Positions 19,339 to 29,744 are shown, counted from the stretch's first letter. The stretch is DNA of 47,168 bases from Methanocorpusculum sp. (GCA_029987395.1 DALTVX010000035.1:1-47168); one strand, 5' to 3'. Made by a program: numbers and translations. Notes: generated from the letters alone by a model not told the origin.

Positions 19339-20082
19339 TTATCTTTTCATAACTTTTCTGATCAGATCTTCTTCCTTTGTGAAGTAGAGCGAGTCGTGAC
19401 CTTTCCATGTGCCGCACCCGGAGAACTTCACTGCCGGGATCCCGTTGTTGCTTTCTCCCATAATGAAGTTGGAGAAAGCAGCGATCTCATCCACCACGGC
19501 CTCTTCGGTTATCTTCAGCTCCAGACCAAAGAGATCATGGTCTCCGCGGAAGTCACGAATCGCGGTCATCCCGGCCCAACCGATCGCGTTGCCGCACTGA
19601 CCGCGGCGAAATGCCCTACCGCAGGTGTCGGTAACGATCACGCCCACATCCTTACCAGTGATTTTTTTGATAGCGATCTGGATCTCTCTGCACTCAGCTG
19701 CTGGATCTTTCGGGAGGATGATGATATTTTCCCCTTCTATATTGCTGTTATCCACACCAGCGCGCACACCAACATGGCCACAAGGGACTTCGGAGAGGAT
19801 GAATGGATACTCCATAATGATCTCGGAGGACGAATCCAGGATTCCCTGAATGAATCGCGGATCTTCTTTCGTGAGCCCGGAGATGCGCAATGCGTCTGGA
19901 GATGGCGTGATATCGGCGAGGGCGCGGGTATATCCCTTTGCCTTTGAAACGACTGTTGAGGCGATACAAAGTATATCCCCATCCTGAAATGTGGCATTTT
20001 TGCAGATTATTGCTGGAAGATCATCGCCTTTCTGAATGAGCGGGATCCCTGAAATTCCCGTTACCTGAACTGACATAGACAT
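19339..20082 (-). CDS. cofE: Coenzyme F420-0:L-glutamate ligase
   Basis: IP.I..GDDL, VVSKA.G, AGVD.SN, TDT.GR.FR.GQ, DLFG.EL.IT.EAV.DE.A. Confidence 0.9.
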   Translation of the reverse strand: MSMSVQVTGISGIPLIQKGDDLPAIICKNATFQDGDILCIASTVVSKAKGYTRALADITPSPDALRISGLTKEDPRFIQGILDSSSEIIMEYPFILSEVPCGHVGVRAGVDNSNIEGENIIILPKDPAAECREIQIAIKKITGKDVGVIVTDTCGRAFRRGQCGNAIGWAGMTAIRDFRGDHDLFGLELKITEEAVVDEIAAFSNFIMGESNNGIPAVKFSGCGTWKGHDSLYFTKEEDLIRKVMKR

Positions 20083-20171
20083 TTCATATTTACCTCTCGG
20101 GTAATAAAATCAAGGGTTTAGATACCGGGGGAATCTTTTTGACTCCTTGCGCTAATCATCATTTGATATCT

Positions 20172-20447
20172 ATGAGTACCTACCGGGTTATCCGTTGCCC
20201 CGGGTGTCGTCAGTTCACCTACACCGACTATTATGGAAAGTGGAAACTCTGTCCGGTCTGTGGAGAGGTGATCTCTGTTCGAAATGTTCCGGTGTATCTG
20301 GAGGTTAATGATTTTTCTGAGGCAGAACAGCTCATAAAAGAGGTCCAACGGTATCTGTCCCATACTGGACGGCTCGATCTGGCGAAGGAAGAGGTCGATT
20401 TGATCCGGGAACGGTATCTAGAATGGCTGAATGACCCGGCCGCATGA
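20172..20447 (+). CDS. Small zinc-ribbon protein (DUF1922-like)
   Basis: Y.VIRCPGC...CPVCG plus helical C-terminus; ATG at 20172. Confidence 0.75.
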   Translation: MSTYRVIRCPGCRQFTYTDYYGKWKLCPVCGEVISVRNVPVYLEVNDFSEAEQLIKEVQRYLSHTGRLDLAKEEVDLIRERYLEWLNDPAA

Positions 20448-20456
20448 GGGTCGGAT

Positions 20457-20609
20457 TTACCAAAGTTTTCCGCAATGTGGGCAGAGTATCGCCAATCGCC
20501 GGCCGCATCGTGGACAGTAGAGTTTTCCTCGCGTGTCCACGGTCAGTTCGGTGCCGCACTCTCGACAAAATATCTCGCGTTTAAAGCCGCATGTGTGCTG
20601 AACTACCAT
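20457..20609 (-). CDS. 50-aa double zinc-ribbon microprotein, not in ORF track
   Basis: Manual translation: MVVQHTCGFKREIFCRECGTELTVDTRGKLYCPRCGRRLAILCPHCGKLW*; fills the gap and stops 9 nt from the convergent gene. Confidence 0.8.
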   Translation of the reverse strand: MVVQHTCGFKREIFCRECGTELTVDTRGKLYCPRCGRRLAILCPHCGKLW

Positions 20610-20686
20610 AGAATATAATTGTTCATTCATCTACATTAATGCGAAGGTTCTTTTTGATCTCATGCTAATATCATAAAGTCAAAATA

Positions 20687-20770
20687 GCGAGGGTTGCCAA
20701 GCCAGGTCAACGGCGCAGGGTTTAGGACCCTGTCTTTAGGAGTTCAAGGGTTCGAATCCCTTCCCTCGCA
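20687..20770 (+). tRNA. tRNA-Leu(TAG)
   Basis: Acceptor GCGAGGG/CCCTCGC; anticodon arm CAGGG-TTTAGGA-CCCTG; long variable arm; GTTCGAATC. Confidence 0.95.
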
Positions 20771-20774
20771 TCAC

Positions 20775-20782
20775 TTTTTTTT
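20775..20782 (+). terminator. Oligo-T terminator after tRNA-Leu
   Basis: T8 run 4 nt after the discriminator base. Confidence 0.55.
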
Positions 20783-20946
20783 CTCTTCAGGTATTTTCTG
20801 TTTATCTGGTTGAACTGGTCAGGGTGCCGGATTCTGTCTTTTGTCCCTCTTCATTTAGCTTCACCTCGATTTTTTGGGGTCGGTGTGACAAATATCCCTA
20901 TCGTCAGGATACGTTTTTTTGCATGAGAAACGCATATATAAGTACT

Positions 20947-21831
20947 ATGAAAACCTTGCAGGAGTATCTTAACGCCTCACATGCCCCTGAAGATCTGGGG
21001 AAAATAATTACACTGATCGCGGATCAGGCTGGGCCAATTCGTTCCGCATTCATCAGTAACCAAAATTATGCGGGTTCCACCAACTCCTCTGGCGAGGATC
21101 AGGCAGAAATGGACACATGGGCCGACGCCCATATCACCTCTGTTCTTCAGAAGAGCAGGCTTGTCCGCGCCCTAGCCTCCGAGGAGCAGGAGGATATCGT
21201 GCAGATGTCCCCTTCCGCGAAGTATTCGGTCGTGATGGATCCTCTTGACGGCTCATCGCTGATCAAGGTGAACCTGAGCGTCGGAACGATTGTCGGGATC
21301 TATGAAGGCGATGTTCTTCAGGCGGGAAACCAGCTTCGTGCCGCGTTCTATATGCTTTACGGTCCGATGACCACACTGACTATCTCTCTAGGGAACGGTG
21401 TCTCGACCTTTGCGCTGAATGCAGAAGGGATCTATGTCCTCTTAAAAGAGAATATTCGGATCCCGGAAGGAACTCTTTGCGGGAGCGGAGGTCTGCGACC
21501 TGAGTGGATCCCAAAACATCTTCAGTATATGAATGAGATCGAGTGCGATGGTGGGAAGAACCGGTACTCTGGCTCCTTTGTTGCCGACTTCCACCAGATC
21601 TTGGAGTATGGGGGGGTGTATGCCTATCCAGCCACAATAAAATCGGCTTCCGGAAAGCTGCGGCTGGTCTTTGAGATCAACCCGATAGGGTTCCTCGCGG
21701 TTCAGGCTGGAGGCGCGGTTTCGAATGGTGAATCCTCGACCTTGGATATCGTGCCAAAAAAGGTTCATCAGAGAACGCCGGTGTATGTCGGTAGTAAAGG
21801 AATGATCGCCAAGATCGAGGCGATCCGCTGA
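20947..21831 (+). CDS. fbp: Class I fructose-1,6-bisphosphatase
   Basis: N.SGE.Q..D, ASEE, DPLDGSS, SVGTI, RYSGS.VAD.H, GKLRL.FE.NP, HQRTP. Confidence 0.93.
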   Translation: MKTLQEYLNASHAPEDLGKIITLIADQAGPIRSAFISNQNYAGSTNSSGEDQAEMDTWADAHITSVLQKSRLVRALASEEQEDIVQMSPSAKYSVVMDPLDGSSLIKVNLSVGTIVGIYEGDVLQAGNQLRAAFYMLYGPMTTLTISLGNGVSTFALNAEGIYVLLKENIRIPEGTLCGSGGLRPEWIPKHLQYMNEIECDGGKNRYSGSFVADFHQILEYGGVYAYPATIKSASGKLRLVFEINPIGFLAVQAGGAVSNGESSTLDIVPKKVHQRTPVYVGSKGMIAKIEAIR

Positions 21832-21833
21832 GT

Positions 21834-22493
21834 ATGAGGACAACGATTTCGGTCTATGCAAAATCAGTTGGCGGCGTCTGTGAGACCACTCGGGTCTTTC
21901 CAGATATCCTTCAGATGGCGGCAAAGATGCTCAAAAAGGAGGAAGGTGGGGCTTTTATCGATTCCTTTGTTACCCACACGGCCGATCGTTTGGTCCTCAT
22001 GATTACGCATGATCCAGATTATCTGCCTGATGATTTCATTGGAGAGGCCTTTTTAACGGCTCAGGAGATGTCTGAGAAACGTCATCTTTTCTGTGGTGCC
22101 GATCCTGTTTCACTCTGCCGTATCACGATCGAAGAGCGAGAGAACGAGCCGCTCATTTTGTTTATGGCAGGGTCGGATATGGTTCCGTGGGGTGAGGTGA
22201 TGCTCCCAAATCAGAATACTGTCTCGAACGGAGTCTTGTTCCTCACTCGTGCCGGAGGGGATTTTCCGTCCACGTCTGAGTTTTGTGAACGATTCGCGCG
22301 CCGCGGTCTAAATCAGCAGGGGATCAGCCCGTTAAGCCTCTGTGATTCATTGAATGTCAGATCAACGGTCATACCTGTTGTCGGACTCGGCTTTTCGCTC
22401 TGTAACGGAAAGCTAACCGGGCCGGTGGACCTCTTTGATACGCCGCTGTTTGACGCCCCGAGGTTTTGGGCTTCAGACCGGCATGTTGAGTAA
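21834..22493 (+). CDS. Degenerate, internally deleted FBP aldolase/phosphatase (class V FBPase) homolog
   Basis: TTISV, TH..D.L.L..TH, IEER..EP...FMA and GLGF...NGKL.GP.DLFD.P.FD match the family; catalytic residues absent. Confidence 0.75.
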   Translation: MRTTISVYAKSVGGVCETTRVFPDILQMAAKMLKKEEGGAFIDSFVTHTADRLVLMITHDPDYLPDDFIGEAFLTAQEMSEKRHLFCGADPVSLCRITIEERENEPLILFMAGSDMVPWGEVMLPNQNTVSNGVLFLTRAGGDFPSTSEFCERFARRGLNQQGISPLSLCDSLNVRSTVIPVVGLGFSLCNGKLTGPVDLFDTPLFDAPRFWASDRHVE

Positions 22494-22605
22494 GGGGACG
22501 AATAGACCCTATTTCCTCTCTCTTTTTTCGTATCTTTTTTAGTGGATATGTCTCGTGATTGCAATATCCTGTTTTTTCTCTTGGCACCGCTAATCATATA
22601 TCAGA

Positions 22606-23655
22606 ATGGCAAAACGCGGCCTGGAAAAATATGTGACCTATCCCTTGATTGTTCCGACGGAACAGTCTGGAACAATTCAGGTAAACATCGCGTTTCCGTA
22701 TCGTCATCTAAACTATTCTTTTACAATAGATGTACCCCTGTCCCTTTATGAGGGTGCGAGGCTTTCGGGAAAGTCTGCCCGGGTCCCTGCCGGGATCCAG
22801 GACGCCTGGCTAGCCGGTTATTACAAAGCTTTTGCGCTCGACTCTTCTCAATCAAAGGTGTATCAGACGCTTTTATCACAGTTTCGCAAAATAAGTAACG
22901 AGTATAACCTTAATGGTGATGAATATCTGGAGCTTTTGACTGCATATGTCCAGTCGCTCCCGTATGACACGAAAAAACTATCTTCGATAGAAATAGCTCC
23001 CCGTTTTCCGGTCGAAACGATCGTTGATGGGACCGGGATATGCAGTGATAAATCACTTCTCCTTGCAGGCCTCCTCTCTCACGAGGGCTATGCGATATCA
23101 ATTCTTCAGTTTGGAAAGGAAAATCATCTGACTGTCGGGCTTCCCGCTCCTGATGGTTATGATTTTGCCGGATGTGGTCAGTCAGTTGTTGAAACTACTG
23201 CTATATCGTATATTGGTCATCCCGCTGGAGAATATGCTGATACAACATCCAGACCTAAGGTATTCCCCATTGGTCATGGGACAAAACGATATGGCTGCAT
23301 TCGTGAGGTTGCTAAAATTCGTGCCACTCTCACCTCGCTCAACGAAAAATTATCCGAGGATGGGACACTTACCTGTGAGATCGTTCGTCTTCATGAGAAA
23401 CTTCTCCTGCTAAAAGAGGAATTGGCCGAGTCTCGGGATGCTCTCCCAGTCCTACTTGCCGAGGGCAAAACCGTTGAGCGTGAAAATCTTCGTTGTATCC
23501 ATAACAAAAACGTCGAGCGTTTAAAAAAGATGCTTGAATCATACAACAAACTCGTCGAGGAGTATCAGAAGCTTGCCGGACTCGCTGAGTTCATCCAGCA
23601 CAACCGACTAGATCGTCCGGCAGTCTCCCTAAAACTCAACGCATTGGATGAATAG
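22606..23655 (+). CDS. Transglutaminase-like protein with C-terminal coiled coil
   Basis: [34 protein letters not shown]. Confidence 0.65.
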   Translation: MAKRGLEKYVTYPLIVPTEQSGTIQVNIAFPYRHLNYSFTIDVPLSLYEGARLSGKSARVPAGIQDAWLAGYYKAFALDSSQSKVYQTLLSQFRKISNEYNLNGDEYLELLTAYVQSLPYDTKKLSSIEIAPRFPVETIVDGTGICSDKSLLLAGLLSHEGYAISILQFGKENHLTVGLPAPDGYDFAGCGQSVVETTAISYIGHPAGEYADTTSRPKVFPIGHGTKRYGCIREVAKIRATLTSLNEKLSEDGTLTCEIVRLHEKLLLLKEELAESRDALPVLLAEGKTVERENLRCIHNKNVERLKKMLESYNKLVEEYQKLAGLAEFIQHNRLDRPAVSLKLNALDE

Positions 23656-23708
23656 TGCCTCGATTGTGTGGGAGGATTATATGTGAAGAAAAACAAAATC
23701 TATTCCAC

Positions 23709-26306
23709 ATGTTGACCGAGGAACTCCCAAAGACCTACGATTTTGCCTCTGTCGAAAAACGCTGGCTTGACCAGTGGGACGACAGTGACTTTTATTTCGA
23801 TAAAAACTCAAAAAAACCTCAATACATAATAGATACTCCTCCACCTTATCCGACAGGAAAACTCCACATTGGCCATGCTCTTAATTGGGTCTATATGGAT
23901 ATCATCGCCCGTTACAAACGCATGATGGGTTTTAATGTGATGTTTCCTCAGGGGTGGGATTGTCACGGACTTCCGACCGAGGTAAAAGTTGAAGAGACCC
24001 ATCACATCACAAAGAATGATGTATCGCGTGAAGAGTTCCGGGAAATGTGCCGGGAACTCACCGTCGAGAACATCACGCGAATGCGGCAGAGTCTGCGGAC
24101 GATGGGATTCTCCATTGACTGGAGTAATGAATACATCACGATGGAGCCGTATTATTACGCAAAGACCCAGCTTTCATTTTTGCGTATGCTCAAGGCTGGT
24201 CAGATTTATCAGGATGAACATCCGGTCAACTTCTGTACCCGCTGTGAAACGGCGATTGCCTTTGCTGAAGTTTCGTATTACGAAGGCGAGACGTATCTCA
24301 ACTTCTTCGACTTTGATGGCATTGAGATCGCATCGACCCGTCCAGAACTTCTCGCTGCTTGTGTTGGGGTCGCGGTCCATCCGGATGATGAGCGATACAA
24401 ATCTATCGTAGGGAAAACGCTCAAGGTCCCGATCTTTGGTCATGATGTTGTCATTGTCGCAGATGATGCTGTGGATATGGCTTTTGGATCAGGCGCTGTT
24501 ATGATCTGTACATTTGGTGATAAGACCGATGTGTTCTGGTGGAAAAAACACCACCTCCCGCTTAGAAAAGCTCTTACGACCAACGGCACAATGACCGCGA
24601 TCTGCGGAAAGTATGAAGGCATGCCTTCTAAGGAGTGCCGTGTAGCTATCCTTGCAGATATGAAGGAGCTTGGCATTCTCAAAGATCAGAAAAAGACTGA
24701 GCAGCGAGTCGGTGGATGCTGGAGATGCAAGACCCCGATCGAGATTCTTTCAGAAAGACAGTGGTTCGTGAAGGTGAACAGCGGGGAGATCGTCAAGGCT
24801 GCCAGAGAAATCAAATGGTATCCTGAACATATGCTCCAGCGTCTGGAAAACTGGGCAGAACAGATGGAATGGGACTGGTGTATCTCCAGACAGAGATTGT
24901 TTGCGACCCCTATCCCGGTATGGTTCTGTGATAAATGCGGTGAAGTTATCATTCCCGACGAGGCCGATCTCCCTGTTGATCCAACCGTTGACAAACCAAA
25001 ACATGCATGCCAAAAATGCGGTGGGACTGAGTTCACCGGCGAGAAGGATGTTCTTGACACCTGGATGGATTCATCCATCACTGATCTTCACGTCACTGGA
25101 TGGGACGGCAGCGGGAAACCTCCGTTCTTTCCGGCTCAGATCCGCCCACAGGGCCACGATATCATCCGCACCTGGGCATTCTATACTATTCTTCGAAGTG
25201 TTGCTCTGCTTGGTGAGAAACCGTGGGATGGAATACTGGTCAATGGGATGGTCCTTGGAGAAGACGGTTTCAAGATGTCAAAATCCCGTGACAATGTTAT
25301 CGGCCCGGAGGATGTTATGGGACCCTATGGTTTGGACGCCCTTCGACAGTGGGCTGCTGCAGGATCATCAACAGGTCAGGATATTCTTTTCACCTGGAAT
25401 GATGTGGTCGCCGCATCCAGATTCCAGACAAAGATGTGGAACATTGTCAGGTTCTCCCTGATGCAGATCCAAAAAGACTCTATGGTGCCGGAAACGGATG
25501 CTCCGTCAACGCTTATTGATCGGTGGATGCTTGCAAACCTCTCCAAGACTATCGTCGAAGTCACCGAGTCGATGGATGCTTATCTCTTCGATAAAGGATT
25601 GAAAACGATTCGTGACTTTGCCTGGAGTGTGATGGCAGATGAATATCTTGAGTTCATCAAAGGCAGGCTTTACAGTGAGGATCCATTACGTGCCGGTGCC
25701 ATCTACACGCTAAAGACGACACTTGATGCACTATGCACAATGCTCTCCCCTTATGTTCCGTTCTTTGCTCAGGAATGCTACCATCATTTATCCGGTGGAA
25801 AACGAATAATCGATCATCCCTGGACGACCTTCACCTACATGGATGAGGATGCTCTGCGCGATGGGGATCTCATTGTAAAGATCGTCAGTCTTCTGCGGAA
25901 GTACAAGCATGATTCTGGTCTTGCACTCAACGCTCCTCTTGGAAATGTCACAATCTATACTCCCTCACATGATATCGACGACTCTGGTGACCTTGGCAGG
26001 ACCATGAACGCAGTTGTTTTCTGGAAAGCAGAGGAACCGGCGCTTGAAAAGACGGTTGGTGATGTTGTGTTCAACAAAGGCGTGGTCGGTAAAAATCTCC
26101 GAAACAAAGCCGGTGCATTCATGACTGCCGTTAATGCCCTTTCGGATGCAGATAAGATCACCCCACCAGTGTCGATCATTGTTGACGGTGAGGAGATCAG
26201 TGTACCCGAAGGAGCTTGGTCCACCTCTTACATTTATTCAGTTTCCGGCGAATCGGTCGATGTCATTATGCTTGATGATGTGATGATCACCATAAAACGC
26301 ACCTGA
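23709..26306 (+). CDS. valS: Valine--tRNA ligase
   Basis: [28 protein letters not shown]. Confidence 0.97.
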   Translation: MLTEELPKTYDFASVEKRWLDQWDDSDFYFDKNSKKPQYIIDTPPPYPTGKLHIGHALNWVYMDIIARYKRMMGFNVMFPQGWDCHGLPTEVKVEETHHITKNDVSREEFREMCRELTVENITRMRQSLRTMGFSIDWSNEYITMEPYYYAKTQLSFLRMLKAGQIYQDEHPVNFCTRCETAIAFAEVSYYEGETYLNFFDFDGIEIASTRPELLAACVGVAVHPDDERYKSIVGKTLKVPIFGHDVVIVADDAVDMAFGSGAVMICTFGDKTDVFWWKKHHLPLRKALTTNGTMTAICGKYEGMPSKECRVAILADMKELGILKDQKKTEQRVGGCWRCKTPIEILSERQWFVKVNSGEIVKAAREIKWYPEHMLQRLENWAEQMEWDWCISRQRLFATPIPVWFCDKCGEVIIPDEADLPVDPTVDKPKHACQKCGGTEFTGEKDVLDTWMDSSITDLHVTGWDGSGKPPFFPAQIRPQGHDIIRTWAFYTILRSVALLGEKPWDGILVNGMVLGEDGFKMSKSRDNVIGPEDVMGPYGLDALRQWAAAGSSTGQDILFTWNDVVAASRFQTKMWNIVRFSLMQIQKDSMVPETDAPSTLIDRWMLANLSKTIVEVTESMDAYLFDKGLKTIRDFAWSVMADEYLEFIKGRLYSEDPLRAGAIYTLKTTLDALCTMLSPYVPFFAQECYHHLSGGKRIIDHPWTTFTYMDEDALRDGDLIVKIVSLLRKYKHDSGLALNAPLGNVTIYTPSHDIDDSGDLGRTMNAVVFWKAEEPALEKTVGDVVFNKGVVGKNLRNKAGAFMTAVNALSDADKITPPVSIIVDGEEISVPEGAWSTSYIYSVSGESVDVIMLDDVMITIKRT

Positions 26307-26358
26307 TTTTTCAGGTGTACCACGTTTTTTATATTCTTCCCTCTAACTTACTAAGCAC

Positions 26359-28176
26359 ATGTCTGAAAGCTACGCATGTGGGACTTCACTGAAACCACTT
26401 CTGGGAAGTACCGTAGGATCCGTCTTGAACAGCATTGCGGCTAAATATCCCTGCAATGATGCTCTAGTTTCCTTTCATCCGAATCCATACAGTAAACGTT
26501 GTATGTCTGCCGCGGCAAATTACTGCCACGAAGGACTCGTATCCGACGAACCGAACTCGTATCGTGAGTCGGGGCTAACGCTAACAACTGTTGGGTCTAA
26601 GGTTCTCCGCTATACGTGGGCGGAGTTCCTTGCTGAAACGAATGCCGTAGCAAAAGGTCTTATGATGCTTGGTGTAGAACACGGGACCCGTGTTGCGATT
26701 TGGGCAATGAATTATGCCGAGTGGGTACTTGTACAGTTTGCGACCGCAAAAATCGGCGCTATTATGGTCAACATCAACCCAGCCTACCGAACATTCGAGC
26801 TGGAATATTCTCTCAAACAATCTGAGGTAGATACCCTGATTTTGCAGGGCAAGTTCAAAAATTCCGATTATGTTGGCATGTTCTACGAGGCATGCCCCGA
26901 AGCATTCGAGGCAAAACCAGGGAAGATCCGGTCCGAGAAGTTTCCCTATTTGCGAAATGTCGTTTTTATGGGTGAGATCATCTACAACGGTATGTACCGC
27001 TGGAGTGAACTTCTTGAGATGGGGGAGTATGTCTCCGACTTCGAGCTGGAAAACCGTGAAGAGAGCGTTTCGTTCGATGATGCACTGAATATCCAGTATA
27101 CCTCCGGGACGACTGGATTCCCGAAAGGAGTCGTCCTCTCTCATCACTCTGTGTTAAACAATGGGATGTCCATCGGAGCTGGTATGGGTTTTACTGAAAA
27201 TGATAAACTCTGTATTCCAGTGCCGTTCTATCACTGTTTCGGGATGGTCCTCTCAAATATTGCCTGTGTGACTCATGGTACAACAATGGTTATTCCATCT
27301 CCATTTTTCGATGCCGAGGCTGTTCTTCGTGCGGTCGAATCTGAGAAATGTACAGCTCTTCACGGCGTTCCGACCATGTTCATCGCTGAACTGGAACACC
27401 CGAACTTTGATCGGTATGATTTATCGAGTCTTAGAACCGGTATTATGGCAGGTTCGCCATGCCCAATCGAGAGGATGCGGGAGGTCGCCACACGAATGAA
27501 TATGAAAGACATAGTCATCGTCTACGGCCTTACCGAAACTGCCCCTGGGATCACCATGTCCACCACCTCCGACACTCTCGAGAACCGTGTTGCTACCGTC
27601 GGCAGAGCGTTTCCACACACCGAGATCAAGATCACTGATCCGAAGACCGGACGCATCGTATCATTCGGTGAAAAAGGTGAGATATGCGCACGTGGTTACA
27701 TGAAGATGAAATGTTACTACAACAATCCGAATGCAACAAAGCAGGTCATTGATAAAGACGGTTGGCTTCACACAGGTGATCTTGGAACTATGGATGAGGA
27801 AGGCTACGTTCGAATGACGGGCCGCCTGAAAGAGATGGTCATTCGCGGCGGAGAAAATCTTTATCCAAGGGAAATCGAGGAGTTCTTCCACCTTCACCCG
27901 AAGATCTCCGATATCTATATCATTGGCGTACCTGACGCAAAATACGGAGAGGAGCTGTGTGCATGGGTGAAAGCAGAACCAGGAACAACATTAACTGGTG
28001 CTGAGATCCGGGCATTTGCCGATGGGAAAATTGCCCGTCACAAGATCCCGCATTACTATAAATTCGTCGACTCATTCCCAATGACCGTCACAGGAAAGAT
28101 CAAAAAGGGCGAAATGCAGGAGATCTCCATCGCCGAACTTGGTCTTTTAGATGTCGCGAAGATAAAAACTGCTTGA
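26359..28176 (+). CDS. AMP-dependent acyl-CoA synthetase
   Basis: QYTSGTTGFPKG, YGLTE, WLHTGDLG, GR.K..IRGGEN, TGKI.K. Confidence 0.92.
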   Translation: MSESYACGTSLKPLLGSTVGSVLNSIAAKYPCNDALVSFHPNPYSKRCMSAAANYCHEGLVSDEPNSYRESGLTLTTVGSKVLRYTWAEFLAETNAVAKGLMMLGVEHGTRVAIWAMNYAEWVLVQFATAKIGAIMVNINPAYRTFELEYSLKQSEVDTLILQGKFKNSDYVGMFYEACPEAFEAKPGKIRSEKFPYLRNVVFMGEIIYNGMYRWSELLEMGEYVSDFELENREESVSFDDALNIQYTSGTTGFPKGVVLSHHSVLNNGMSIGAGMGFTENDKLCIPVPFYHCFGMVLSNIACVTHGTTMVIPSPFFDAEAVLRAVESEKCTALHGVPTMFIAELEHPNFDRYDLSSLRTGIMAGSPCPIERMREVATRMNMKDIVIVYGLTETAPGITMSTTSDTLENRVATVGRAFPHTEIKITDPKTGRIVSFGEKGEICARGYMKMKCYYNNPNATKQVIDKDGWLHTGDLGTMDEEGYVRMTGRLKEMVIRGGENLYPREIEEFFHLHPKISDIYIIGVPDAKYGEELCAWVKAEPGTTLTGAEIRAFADGKIARHKIPHYYKFVDSFPMTVTGKIKKGEMQEISIAELGLLDVAKIKTA

Positions 28177-28222
28177 TCCGAAAAAGAAAGAGAGATATAC
28201 TTCAATCTCTCATAATTTTCTT

Positions 28223-28558
28223 ATGAAAAAAATTCTTTTTGCAGCATTACTTGTTGTCCTGCTTGTATCTGTAGGATCTGCGGGTTGTATCGATAGTGAA
28301 CCTATTGTTGGCGACTGGCTCGTGTATGGTACCGATATTCCTGTTGTATTCAATGGGGATGGAACTGGGACCATGACAATCAGCTTCTTTGGCATCACAT
28401 CCACTATCCCTATGGGTTGGGAGAAGGTCAATGAGAAGACCTATAAGATCACTGGAACTACTGAAGCTTTCGATGCAGGTACCTATGCACTTTCATCTGA
28501 TGAGAGGTCTCTTGTGGATGTCTCCACTGGAATTATCTCCTTTGTTAAGATATCATAA
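28223..28558 (+). CDS. Small putative lipoprotein
   Basis: MKK + hydrophobic stretch + lipobox SAGC; PIVG.W. Confidence 0.7.
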   Translation: MKKILFAALLVVLLVSVGSAGCIDSEPIVGDWLVYGTDIPVVFNGDGTGTMTISFFGITSTIPMGWEKVNEKTYKITGTTEAFDAGTYALSSDERSLVDVSTGIISFVKIS

Positions 28559-28614
28559 CCCATATTTTTTTAAAATATCTTCTTCAGACGTGATCGGGTG
28601 CCTGTTTTTATGGC

Positions 28615-29358
28615 TTAGAATTCCCATTTCCATCCATCTGTTTTCATTAACTTCTCAACGTTACGATACTCTGGCATCAATCGTTCTACTTCTTCCCAGT
28701 ATGTTTTTTGATGATGACGGAACTTGAGGTGAACAATCTCATGGATTACCAGATATTCCGCCACAATCTTTGGCGCGAGTAACACACGTGCATTGATGAT
28801 TATCCCGTTTTTTGGTGTGCAGCAGCCCCATTTTTTCTTTTGAAGCCTCATGCGCAGATTTGGCTTTTCCACTCCGGTAAGCTCAGCATACATCTTCACA
28901 AAAGAATCCAGAACCGTCACCCCAAGGCGTCGATATAAAAGCATCACCTGATTCCGTGCGATAAGTTCGGCGTCATCCGGCGAAAAAGATCCAGGTATGG
29001 ATATTTTGAGATATTTTCCTGAAATTTCTGCCCGTGAGGGACCTGTGCTGCGTGCAATTATCAGCGTGTCTCCGAAAAACGGTATCAGATCTCCCTCTGC
29101 ATATCTGCGAGGCCCCGGCTCTCTTTTTTGAAACACAGAATGTTTTTTTGCGATCCATTCAGCCTTGTTTTGTGCTATCTCCCTCACCTTCTCTTCGGTG
29201 ACGCCGGATGGGACGCGGATAAGAACTTCACCAGTGGTTTTGACTTCGATTGACCAAGACCTTCTCCTATCTGAGTAGATGACCTGAATTGGAATCGTTT
29301 GCTCATTCCATACAACCGACAACACCATATGTGAAACATTATCTCTCTTACTCTCCAA
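28615..29358 (-). CDS. YgjP/DUF45 (M48-like) zinc metalloprotein
   Basis: Q...WG.C, I.IN..., YLVIHEIVHL...HH...YW..V. Confidence 0.85.
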   Translation of the reverse strand: MESKRDNVSHMVLSVVWNEQTIPIQVIYSDRRRSWSIEVKTTGEVLIRVPSGVTEEKVREIAQNKAEWIAKKHSVFQKREPGPRRYAEGDLIPFFGDTLIIARSTGPSRAEISGKYLKISIPGSFSPDDAELIARNQVMLLYRRLGVTVLDSFVKMYAELTGVEKPNLRMRLQKKKWGCCTPKNGIIINARVLLAPKIVAEYLVIHEIVHLKFRHHQKTYWEEVERLMPEYRNVEKLMKTDGWKWEF

Positions 29359-29372
29359 TATAAGTAACTGAA

Positions 29373-29744
29373 ATGTTAGCCCGTGCCATAGATCAGGAAG
29401 TGCTCGACCTCCTTTTGGAGATGGGTAAATCCAGTTTTCCTGATGAATATATCGTCATGTTGGGTATGGAAAAGGGCGTGATCAACGTCACCTATCCAAT
29501 ACCCGGCACCACCGTTTCACAGGATAGTGCCAACATCTTCATGGACATGATCCCTCTGGGCATGCATGTCGTTGGGACTGCACACAGTCACCCGAACGGA
29601 TGTTTATCCCCATCTGATGCAGATCTTTCAACATTTGCCGAGAGCGGACAGTGTCATATCATCGTCGGAGCGCCCTTCGATCAAAATTCATGGAAATGTT
29701 ACGGCAGAAACGGGAAAGAAAAAACTCTGGAAGTCATACCATGA
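29373..29744 (+). CDS. JAB/MPN+ (JAMM) metalloprotease
   Basis: E...HSHP....PS.AD JAMM motif. Confidence 0.88.
   Translation: MLARAIDQEVLDLLLEMGKSSFPDEYIVMLGMEKGVINVTYPIPGTTVSQDSANIFMDMIPLGMHVVGTAHSHPNGCLSPSDADLSTFAESGQCHIIVGAPFDQNSWKCYGRNGKEKTLEVIP

Noticed and set aside
20332..20568. 78-aa minus-strand ORF in track
   Set aside because: Different frame from the Cys-patterned 50-aa ORF (20457..20609) and overlaps the + strand gene
19..20782. tRNA genes as island integration sites
   Set aside because: No integrase and no duplicated tRNA 3' end noticed; flanking genes are core or housekeeping
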